Source: Leucoraja ocellata
Taxonomy: Eukaryota
DNA: 64,000 bases
Reading direction: 5' to 3'
NCBI GenBank assembly: GCA_036785375.1
Contig: JAWMAR010000191.1
Location: 992,001 to 1,056,000 of the forward strand
In this document: piece by piece, positions 51,364 through 61,765 of the stretch
Position numbering within the stretch: position 1 is the first letter of the stretch
Layout: each line of letters starts with the position of its first letter
Notes under the pieces: generated by a model
Databases searched by the model: none
What the model saw: the letters and a program-made list of their open reading frames with translations, nothing else
What the model was told of the DNA's origin: nothing
Program-made: the position numbers and the translations under genes

Positions 51364-51490
51364 GATAGAAGGAATGGATGAATGTCACCCGTTCCTTTTA
51401 TAGAGAGATGTTGCCTGTCCCGCTGAGTTACTCCAACATTTTGTGCCTATCTTTGGTGGAAACCAGCATCTGCCTTTCCTTCCTACACAG
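51364..51490. mobile_element. PLE pLTR insertion with 13-bp TSD
   Basis: TGACTAGACACTG at 51351-51363 and 51491-51503. Confidence 0.82.
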
Positions 51491-52187
51491 TGACTAGACA
51501 CTGATGTCAGGAGAAAACTGGATATATTAATGGTTCAGTTTTCATTTATTTTAAACCACACATAGGGTCTAAGCACTAAGCCGGAGTTTAATTGCAATAT
51601 CTTTGCATGAAAATTTCCAACACCCACAATTTGAAGCTGGTCTCATATAATATACTTAATCTGTACTTTGAGTAGATTCATAATTAAATGAAACCTATTC
51701 TTCTAATCCAAATGATGCAGTAAAATGGCAGGTACATGGAACTTGTTGACCAGGGGCCCAATTCAGAATAAGTGCTTTAGTTCCCCATTATCTTCCCCCA
51801 CTCACCTTCTTGTCAGTTGCATAAACTGTAAAAGCCCTTTATATGTTTTTAAGTGTCTCTTGTGTAAGGTCCAAGACGTCCATAGATATTTAAAAATTAA
51901 TCGTTCTTAAATATAATTAAAAAAAATTAAAAACATAATCAAAAACACTAAACTGGAGCCATAGAATCATAGTAGATGGAAATTGCCCCATTGCCCACTT
52001 GTCCATGCTGACCAAGTTGGCATATAGGGCGGTTTCCTTTTTCCTGCATTTGATGCACAGCGTTCTAAATCTTTCCAATCAATATACTTGTTGTTACATA
52101 AATATTGTTTACATAAATATATCTGCAACATTTATTTAAATTTTAAATTACTTATTATGACATGGAAAGAGACCATTTAGTCCATGT

Positions 52188-52329
52188 GTTGGTAGGAATT
52201 GTGCAGATGCTTGTTTATACCGAAGATAGATACAACTGAAGAAGGGTTCTGACCCGAAACATCACTGAGTAGGTTTCTCCAGAAATGCTGCCTGGCCCGC
52301 TGAGTTCTTGCAGCATTTTGTCTATGTTT
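52188..52329. mobile_element. PLE pLTR fold-back with 16-bp TSD
   Basis: ACCATTTAGTCCATGT at 52172-52187 and 52330-52345; plus-strand CTGAAGAAGGGTTCTGACCCGAAACATC. Confidence 0.82.
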
Positions 52330-53033
52330 ACCATTTAGTCCATGTTGGTGCCCAGCAGGAAATCCCATTTTTCCTCATCCTTATTTCTCAGTATCCCTGC
52401 AGCGTATGCTCTCTCATGCGGCCCGTCAACTCCCACTTGATGCTTTTTGTCATTTTCCTACGCCCAAGGCCATTTATCCTGCCAGGAGCTAGGAGCTATG
52501 GAGGGAAAACAAACCATATGGGGAAGATCCACAGTGACAGGGAGAACATGCAAATTCCACACAGAATTGCCTTTGAAAAGGGACACAGCACATTCACCTG
52601 CTGCACCACCATGCTAATGTACATACTTTTCTCTTTGCCTCCTAACCCTTAAACTTACAATCCCATTGAACTCCATGGGGTTTCAGATCCTGACATGGCC
52701 TGGAATCTGAGATGTGATTTACCAGAATAAATGAGGAAAATCAGCATAACTGCTGAGTGTTCACCACAATAGTACATTGATACGTTGAACAGTATTCCAG
52801 GACCCCTTTCTTTGATTGTCTTGATTTTCCAACTACTATATTTGATTAAATGGCTCCAAATGCAAAATAATCGGGCATTGAAATTTGGGCCATTGTATCA
52901 TGAAATGATTGTAATCAATTTTCATTCTTGGAAAATTGTCCCGCTATTATTATTGTAAGTATCGATCATCACTTTATCTTTGCAACAAAAATAAGAAAAC
53001 CTTTGGGTTTTGAAAACCTTTGTAAAGCTTTTA

Positions 53034-53292
53034 GGGGCAGCACAGTGGAGGATTTGCTGCCCTACAGCTCAGAGACCCAAGTTCGATCCTGACTATGGGT
53101 GCTGTCTGCACGGAGTTTGTACGTTCCACCTGCACTCCAAAGACGTGCAAGTTTGTAGATTAATTGACTTTGGTAACATTGTAAATTGTCCCTAGTGTGT
53201 AGGATAGTGATAATGTATGTAAGGGGTGATGCTTTGCTGGTAGGCACAGATTCGATGGGCTGAAATGCCTCTTTCCACACTGTATCTCTAAA
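53034..53292 (+). mobile_element. HE1-type V-SINE
   Basis: Head, B box GTTCGATCC, tail. Confidence 0.82.
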
Positions 53293-55733
53293 GTCCAAAG
53301 CCTTTGCTTTAAAATCAAACCAAGAAAAGTTTCAAATTAATTCCAAGAGAGTGAACGTTTCAACCTGCACAACTTTATTCTCCCTGTTCTTTGAGCTAAC
53401 TCCATAAAATACATTTTGGATATTTTGCAGTTATATTCTGCATGAGTGTGCATGGAAACACAAATGCTTATATAGTATAATTTGAGAGGCAGATTATATA
53501 AATCCCATTAATATAAAAGGATAACATTACTCCACTGTCAGTGAATACAGTCGGTAATGTTACATCAAAACTGTGATATTAATGTTGTGAGTTTTCTCTT
53601 GTGAATTTTGTTACATTCATATTTTGTTCCAAATATGGGATCATTATACAAAATCACTGGCACTCCTTGGGCCTCTGCCTAACTCAGTGAAGTATGACAA
53701 ATAAGGTCTATTTGAAGTACTGAACATGTAGCCAAATGGTTTGAAGTAACATCTCGGATTTATCCCAGGGAGAATCGCTATGTGAAATGGGTACAACCAA
53801 ATCTTAGAGCATAATATAATCGCCCGAATCAATGTGGGAACATGCATACCATGCTTCAGCTTTAAATATTTGCCCGAATGACCAGAATCCACTTCATTAA
53901 CAGTAATGTGTTACTACTGTATAGCTTGTGAGAGAGTTATATTTATTAAGGTGCCTTCATGTTGGTTTTGTAGAAATAGCAAAATCATAACCTAAATCAC
54001 GCATGCAGTATTATCCAACTGCTTCCAAGTTTGAATGTTGCCATCCATAATCATGCTTTCATAGCTTTACGACTGATTTTAACAAGGAACTGAATAGATT
54101 TTGGCATCTTTCATCTCACACTCTGAACATATTTTAAAAAGAAGCTCCACGTCTTAATATAGTATAATGCTTTGATCACAGTTTTGATGTTTCCTAAGGA
54201 GTCACTGTGAGCATCATTCCATTTTGAAGCTTACATAAAACTGAGTGCTGAAAAATATATTGGGGTATTATCAAGAGGTTGTTAGTAAATCGCATCCAAG
54301 GGTGTTGTTTTTGTCATGACATCTCATCGTGTGACACAGTGATTTTTGTTTGCATTCTAAGTTTATCACCAAACCGATAGCACTGCTCATTTAATATAAT
54401 TTCTTCTGTATGTACAACCATTCTTTCAAAATGAAAGTCACTAGTATATCTGAATGTTGAATCATCCTCCTTGGTTTTGGTCCTTGCATTTTTTTTTTTA
54501 ATTGGATGGATTCCAGGGACATGTGAGAGCATAACCTTGGATCATCAATATTCATTCTTAACTTCCGTCTGCTAGTATTCTGTATTACATGATCACCTTC
54601 CTATTTTTATTTGGTGGTAAATGTTGATTCCCTGCACTATGTACCCTGTACCTATTAGAATATGAATGGTCTGTGCATAGAGTAAGTATATAGTTTAATG
54701 CAATTAATGAGATTCTAAATAATGAGGTGGGGGAGATAGGTATATAAGTCGGGTGAACAAAGAGGATGGGAGGGGGCTTGCTTAGATGCTGTTGGACCAA
54801 AGGGGTTGCTTTATATGCTGCAAATAAATAGTAATTCGGCAACTGCTCTTCAAACTTCACAATTATTTGCCACATTTATTCAAACAAAGTGGTAAATCAA
54901 TGACATAATGACCACTCCAATTAAGCATAAGAAACTGCCTCGTCTGCTGCACAATCGGTCAGCATATTTCAAGAAGCAAGTCTATAATTACTATGAAACT
55001 CAGGATTTTTACAGTAAAATAATTTTAGTGCTATTTGCAAATTGTTCATTGAGCATGAAATGTATTTGCTGCCAAAAGTTTACATACTATTCACGGCAAT
55101 TACCATTAAATTAAACAGCTTACCGTTAACGTGAATATTTATTTGCATGAAAAGGACCATTTTCGGGTGCTGGGTAAGATATTATTGATGTGAAAATTTC
55201 TGATCTTGCAGTTATATGATACAGTGGTTGATCTTCAGTCTAGAGATAAAACCAACTTAGAATCAATCACTTCAGTTCAAATTCAGATTTCTTACTCATC
55301 CATGAGACCATTATCTGAATGTAGACTGAAACGGCAGTGAGCTTTGTATCTTGCAGGAAGAAGCTTTTCTAGTCTTAATTTTGTCAAGCACATCCTTATG
55401 ATTGACTGGAAGGTCTCAGTCACCTGCAGCATAGCTTTGAAAGAGTAGTTTTAATATGATTTTTTTGATTAAGTGCACTTTTTATGTGTTAACTAAATAA
55501 AATAAAAATTGTAAAAATGATCAGAGCAATCTTGCACTTGCCAACCCATACATTTATGACCATGTTATTAAGCACAGAGGTTATGGTGAGCCTTAACCTC
55601 CTGACCCTGCCATCCACATGTTGTCTGGCCTGGACCAATTCCTACATGGTCTGATAGATATAATAACCTCAGTGAGAGCAAGGAAGATTGGCAAGTAGTG
55701 TCCACAATCTAAAAATATGCAAAACAAAACAAA

Positions 55734-56056
55734 GGGCGGCAAGGTACAGCAGTGGAGTTGCTGCCTCACAGTGCCAGTGACCCAGGTTCGATCCTGACTA
55801 TGGGTGCTGTCTGTAACAGAATTTGTACATTCTCCCTGTCACCTCCGTGGGTTTTCTCCAGGGATCCCAGTTTCCTCCCACATTCCAAAGGTGTATGGGT
55901 TTGTGGGTTAATTGGCTTGGTAAACTAATAATTGTCCCCAGTGGTATGTTGTATAGTGTTAGTGTGTGGGGATCGCTGGCCAGCACGGACTCAGTGGGCT
56001 GAAGGGCATGTTTCCACGCTGTATCTCTAAAATAAACTGAACTAAACTAAACTAAA
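55734..56056 (+). mobile_element. HE1-type V-SINE, full length
   Basis: Head, GGTTCGATCC, V-domain, CR1-like tail, (ACTAA)n. Confidence 0.9.
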
Positions 56057-56171
56057 AACATCTCCAACTTGCATTATACCAAATAAAATCTACAAAGGTG
56101 CATTTACTCGGTTAAGTTGGTATACACACAACCCCGTATAAAAGAGAACAACAATCTAATACTAATCTAAT

Positions 56172-56376
56172 CACTAGCTTCTCATTCCCACTCAACAAAC
56201 AGCTAACAATGGCCTGTTTGCTATATCATCGTTATCTTTTTGCATATCTTTTATTCATTGTTATCTACATCATCGTCTATATGTCTCATTTCCCTTATCC
56301 CTAAGGCACTCATTCCTTCTCTCCAAAGATGCTGCCTGTCCCACTGAGTTACTCCAGCTTTTGTGTCTATCTTCAA
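56172..56376 (+). mobile_element. PLE 3' UTR/pLTR fragment
   Basis: CAGCTAACAATGGCCTGTT..ATCATCGTT matches the UTR at 27130-27250 (reverse); pLTR tail follows. Confidence 0.75.
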
Positions 56377-58519
56377 TCTAATATACTCACAGGGTTGATT
56401 TCCATTCCACAAAAGATTTCTTGGTAACATCCTGTGAGTGCGAAGCGTACTAACTGTTTCCTTTACTAATCTTCATCATCTGACATTTAGGAGGACATAT
56501 TGATATTGAAATGTTAAGAGAGATGATCATCTGGCAATTCAATCGAGTCCAGAAATCAGCAGAAAACCAAATTGGGTTAATTTAGATGTCCATACAAATG
56601 GACAACAATAAAGGCCAGTGCCTCCCAGGCAAATCTGGTACAATGTGGTGAAGGTTTCCTTTAGATCAGACTATATTTAAAAAAAATATAGAAAACCATG
56701 ATATTACAACATCAAGATAATGTCTTGAGAGACCAGTGATAATTCTATCTCCATATGAGTCAGCTCGAACAAAGGTTGTACCACAAAAAATACATTTTAC
56801 AACATAGACACAATCATTACAGAAACATGGTTAAAAGAGAGACACGACTGTCAGCTCAATGTGCCTGCGTTTCGGTGGTACTCAGAGAGGTCATAACAGA
56901 GGGCACGTCGACGGAGGCATTATGGATTGAACTAAAAAATAAGCAAGGAGTAATCTAAGCCAGCGGGAGATAGAGGATCATACATGTGGACAGATTACAG
57001 AAGGATGTAAGAAACAATGTTATTGTAGTGGGTGACTTGAACTTCCCCAACATTGATTGGTATTTATTCAGTGCAAGAGGATTAGATGGGACAGAATTTA
57101 TTTGGTGCACCCAAGGCGATTTCTTTAAAGAGTAAGTGGATAGTACGTCTCGGGGAGGGTACATACTGGACCTTGTATAGGGAAATGAGCCTGGCCAGGT
57201 GATTGTTGTTGCAATGCAAGAAGAATTTATGGATAGTGATCATAACCCTATACATTTTAAGATTGCCTTGCATAGGAATAGGTCTGAATGTTGGAGGAAG
57301 GTACTTAATTGGAGTGAGGCAGATTACAATGTTATTAGACAGGAGCTAATGAAGATAGATTGGGATCAGTTGTTGTTGGGTAAGTCCAAAGAGGACATGT
57401 GGGAGTAATTTAAAGACTAGTTAATCAAAGTTCAGGATCAGCATGTTCCAGTAAGGAGCAGGGATTGGGAAGGCGAGGTAAGGGAACTGTGCTTGACCAA
57501 AGAGGTTGTAAACTTCATCAGGAAGAAATAGGAAGTGTATGACCGGTTTAAGAAGGTTGCATCAGACTGGGCTTATAAGGAATATAAAGCGAGGAGGAAA
57601 TGTCAGGTGGGCAATTAGAAGGGTCAGAAGAAGCCATGGAATGTCATTGGTGAGTCAGATTAAGGAAAACTACAAGGCTTTTTATATATATGTTAAAAAT
57701 AAAAGGGACCAAGGAGAATGTAGGACCGTTCAAAGATAAAGGAGGGCATGTACGCTTGGAGTCGGTGGATGTAGGTCAGACTTTGCATTTGTATTCACCG
57801 AGGAGAAGGACTTGGAGAACAGCGAGGTCAGTGTGGAGAATACAAATATGCTAAGCCAGTTTGAGATCAAGAAGGAGATGGTGCTGCGGCTCTGGAAGAA
57901 CATTAAGGTGAATAAGTCCTCAGGGCCTGATGTGATCTATCCCAGGGTATTGAGGGTGGCCACAGAGGAGATTGTGGGTGCCTTGTCCAGGATGTTTCTT
58001 TCTTCTCTAGCTACAGGGCGAGTCCTGGAGGACTGGAGATTGGCCAATGTTGTTCCTTTGTTTAAGAAAGGAAGTTGAGAAAATCCAGAGAACTATAGGC
58101 TGGTGAGTCTCATGACAGTGATAGGGAACCTATTGGAGAGAATTCTTAGAGATAGGATTTACCTCCATTTAGAAGAGAATGGGCTAATCAGGTACAGCCA
58201 GCATGGTAATGTGTGCAGCATTGTACCTCACTAAATTGATTGAATTATTTAAGGTGAAAAAGAAGATTGATGAAAGTAGGTTGGTGGACATTGTGTACAT
58301 GGATTTAATAAGGCTTTTGAGACTTATCGTAGACTGATCTAGAAGATCGGCAGCAGGAGACTTGGCGACGGCAGCGGGTGCCTCGCAGTCAATGACCGTA
58401 AGGGGAGTTGGGAAGACAATGGCGTGGGGGGACACCCGTGAAGAACAATGGAGGACCAGGTCTGAGGGGGGGGGGGGAGGGTGGGCACTCTAGTTTAGAA
58501 TCCTCTGCCCAGGGGATAA

Positions 58520-59205
58520 AGGGACTGTCCCACTTGCGTGTCCTTGGCACGCAAATTACGCGACCCCATGGTCGCGTTGAGGCGCACGGGCATCATATGA
58601 CCCCGCGGAGTGGTCCCACTTAGAAGCGTGGAGGGGTATGTAGTTGTGCGTGACATCATGTGGGGCTCTGAGATTTTTGTAGTGAACAAAATCTTTGTGC
58701 GCTAACGGCCTGTTGCGGAACTGACGGCCAAAGTGGGACAGGCCTGGCGTGCCGCAACGTCTCACCTTTAACAGCAGCAGAAGTAGTCAAACGATCGCCG
58801 AACTCGGCCTGGGGCTCACGGTCATTGCAGTCCGGATCCGCCCCCACTTCCCCTCCCAGAGCGGGGCCAAGAAAATTGAAGATAGACACAAAATGCATGA
58901 GTAACTCAGCGGGGCCGGCAGCATCTCTGGAGAGAAGGAATGAATGACGTTTCGGGTCAAGACCCTTCTTTTCAGACTGAAGAAGAGTCTCGACACGAAA
59001 CGTCACCCATTGCTTCTCTCCTGAGATGCTGCCGGTCCCGCTGAGTTACTCCAGCTCTGTGTCCATCTTCAAATTACGTCATGCGCTCCAGACGGCTGTG
59101 TGTAAGCATGTAATCGCACCCGACCGTCGCGGGACCTTCGCGGCTCAATGCGACCACGAGGTCGCGTAATTTGCATGCCAAGGACACGTGAGTGTGACAG
59201 GCCCT
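58520..59205. mobile_element. PIF/Harbinger-type MITE, TAA TSD
   Basis: AGGGACTGTCCCACTTGCGTGTCCTTGGCACGCAAATTACGCGACC / GGTCGCGTAATTTGCATGCCAAGGACACGTGAGTGTGACAGGCCCT; TAA at 58517-58519 and 59206-59208. Confidence 0.87.
58878..59070. mobile_element. Symmetric PLE pLTR palindrome inside the MITE
   Basis: Near-perfect ~95-bp arms; plus-strand CTGAAGA(58977)..GAAACGTC(59004); AAATT on both sides. Confidence 0.82.
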
Positions 59206-59559
59206 TAAGTCTGTGTTTGTTTGTTTGTTTGTTCATTCGTCCTGGTGAAGGCGCTGTGCACACTGCAGTCAGACAACATTCGCTTGTCTTTTTCTTTTTG
59301 TTTTCACTTTTAATTTCAAGTTTTTGTGTACCTTGTGCATTGTGACTGATGGCAGACCAATTTCCTTCCGGGGATGAATAAAGTTTTATCGTATCATACC
59401 GTATCGTATCGTAAGATTCAGATATATGGGGTTCATGATGAGTCGGTCGTGTGAACTGGCTTATCCATAGATGACAAGCGAGTTGTGGTAGAAGGAAGCT
59501 GGAGGACCATGGCCAGTGGAGTTCCGCAGGGATCTGTGCTAGAACTTCTGCTGTTTGTG

Positions 59560-60329
59560 CAGGGGCGGAAAACCCGGGGGAGTCAGGGGGGGACACGTCC
59601 CCTCCATGCTTTGAGAGGTGGTGGACATCCCTCCCCCCCCCCCCAAGTTTTTGTAATCCAGATTTTAAAATCCGGTGATTGAGGGCACCGATTGGAGGAG
59701 AGATACGTCGGTCGGCAGGCAATGGGGGCGGGACATGATTCAGCGCGATGATTGGAGGAGTGGGGGGGGGGAGGGGGTGGGACTGAGGATAGAGTGCAGT
59801 GGATTGGAGCAAAGATCTTATAGCAGAGCTCCACTATAAGATCTTTGGATTGGAGGAGGGAGACGTAGCACAGACCTGCGCTTCATCCGCAGCCAGGATC
59901 GATCCCGGCCAGGTCTCCGGCGCTGTCCGACCCCCTCCCGAGTACCCCTCGCGGGTGGCCAGAGAGGTCGGCAGCAAAGACAATTACAATACACAATAGG
60001 ATCTAGGATCTATAGTCGGGAATCAGACAGGCCAGTGCAGAGCATCAGCGCTAAACCCAGCTAACTCTGCCTGTCCCGCCAGGAGAGCTTACAGCCCTTC
60101 CTGGACTTGCGGGAAATATGGGCAGCGCGGAGAAGTAGCGCTGGTGTCCCGTCAGTCCAGACAGGGCTGTAGTTAACCTGGTGAGACGGGCAGTTGAGCT
60201 GCATTTAGCGCTGGATTGAGCCTCCGAAGCCTCGCGCACACGCGTGTGTATGAATGTGCGCATGCGCGCGCAGCCACCAAAAAATTGAGTCCCATCCCCT
60301 CCATGTTTTGATAGCGAGTTCCGCTCGTG
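59560..60329. mobile_element. Non-autonomous hAT-type element, 770 bp, 8-bp TSD
   Basis: TGTTTGTG at 59552-59559 and 60330-60337; termini CAGGGGCGGAA / TTCCGCTCGTG; splits CR1 right after the PQGSVL motif. Confidence 0.8.
59810..59847. mobile_element. 38-bp micro-MITE, 14-bp perfect TIR, 8-bp TSD
   Basis: CAAAGATCTTATAG-10nt-CTATAAGATCTTTG flanked by GATTGGAG at 59802-59809 and 59848-59855. Confidence 0.7.
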
Positions 60330-61556
60330 TGTTTGTGATATATAAATATAAATAACCTAGATGTAAATGCAGATGGGTTGGCAAGTAAGTTTACTGATGA
60401 CACCAAAATGGGAGGAGTTGCAGACAGTGAGGAAGGCTGTCAGAAGCTACAGTAGGATATAGATCAGCTGCAGAAATGGGCAGAGGAATGGCAGATGGAG
60501 TTTAACTTTCAAGAGAGAGCTAGATAGGGCTCTTAAAAATAGCAGAGTCAGGGTATATGGGGAGAAGGCAGGAATGGGATACTGATTGGGGATGATCAGC
60601 CATGATCACATTGAATGGCTGGCTCAAAGGGCCGAATGGCCTATTCCTGCACCTATTGCCTATTGCCTACTGTCTAAGTCAAGGAAGTGCAATGTGTTGT
60701 ACTTTTGGAGGTTGAAATAAAGGAGAGAGCATACAGTTAATGGCAGGACCCTTAACAACATTGATGTGCAGAGGGTCCTTGGAGTCCAGGTTCATAGCTC
60801 ACTAAAAGTGGCAACACAACTAGAGTGGTGTACAACTGATAAGGTGTAAAGAACACATATGGTATGCCTGTCTTCATTGCTAGGGGCATTGAGTACAAGA
60901 GTTAGGAACTTCTGATGCATCTCTATAAGACTTTGATTAGGCCGCATTTGGAATATTACATGTATTTCTGGTCGTCCCATTACAGGAATGATGGGACAGC
61001 TTTGGAGATGCTGCCTGGATTGGAGGTTTCAGCTACAGAAAGAGATTGGGTATTCTTGGATTGTTTTTTTTCTGGAATGTCAGATGTTGAGGAAAGATTT
61101 AATAGAAGAATATAAAATTATGAGAGGCACAGATAGAGTAGACAGTCAGAAATGTTTTCTCGGGGTGGAAATGTCCATTATGGGCCAGAAGGCCTGTTCC
61201 TGTGCTGTACTGTTCTATGTTTGAGGACAGTAAGAAGAATGGTTAACAGTAACAGTAAACAGTGAACAGTAAGAATTAAGGGACAGAAGTTTAGGGGTAA
61301 TATGAGGGGGAACTTCTTTACTCAGAGAGTGGTAGCGGTGTGGAATGAGCTTCCAGTGGAAGTGGTGGAGGCAGGTTCATTGGTATCATTTAAAAATAAA
61401 TTGGATAGGCATATGGATGAGAAGGGAATGGAGGGTTATGGTATGAGTGCAGGCAGGTGGGACAAAGGGGAAAAAAAATTTGTTCGGCACGGACTTGTAG
61501 GGCCGAGATGGCCTGTTTCCGTGCTGTAATTGTTATATGGTTATATGGTTTGTATT

Positions 61557-61765
61557 GAAGTGCTGGAGTAACTCAGCAGGTCAGACAGCATCTCTGGAGT
61601 AAAAATATGGGTGACGTTTCGGGTCAGAACTCTTCTTCAGACTTCGGTCCTGACTCGAAATATCACCCATCCATTTTCTCCAGAGATGCTGCGTGACCCG
61701 CTGAGTTACTCCAGCACTTTGTGTCTAACTTTGATATAAACCAGCCTCGGGGGTTCTTTGTTTCT
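61557..61765. mobile_element. PLE pLTR fold-back with hammerhead core (minus 61610-61643)
   Basis: Inverted arms AAGTGCTGGAGTAACTCAGC / GCTGAGTTACTCCAGCACTT; minus AGUCUGAAGAAGAGUUCUGACCCGAAACGUC. Confidence 0.8.

Larger units (their letters stand above)
58348..59412 (+). mobile_element. Non-autonomous retroposon with AATAAA + (TATCG)n tail inserted in CR1
   Basis: AAGAT at 58343-58347 and 59413-59417; CR1 sequence resumes after it. Confidence 0.65.
56870..61550 (+). mobile_element. Long decayed CR1 LINE (EN + RT) hosting nested insertions
   Basis: EALWIELKNK, VVGDLNFPNIDW, DSDHNPI, KSSGPDVIYPRVL, EDWRLANVVPLFKKG, SGVPQGSVL, KFTDDTK, RPHLEY; younger CR1 tails at ~60508-60675 and ~61272-61550. 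Confidence 0.9.

Noticed and set aside
55213-55343. Possible exon (TTGCAG acceptor, ~41 open codons, GTGAGC donor) or miRNA-like hairpin TTCAGTCTA/TAGACTGAA
   Set aside because: Peptide unrecognised, weak polypyrimidine tract, and pairing too short and interrupted for a pre-miRNA; would need RNA-seq.
12121-56056. tRNA-like sequences with A/B boxes
   Set aside because: They are heads of HE1-type SINEs, not cloverleaf tRNA genes.
59069-59812. 247-aa ORF
   Set aside because: Crosses four unrelated nested GC-rich elements; a chance open frame.
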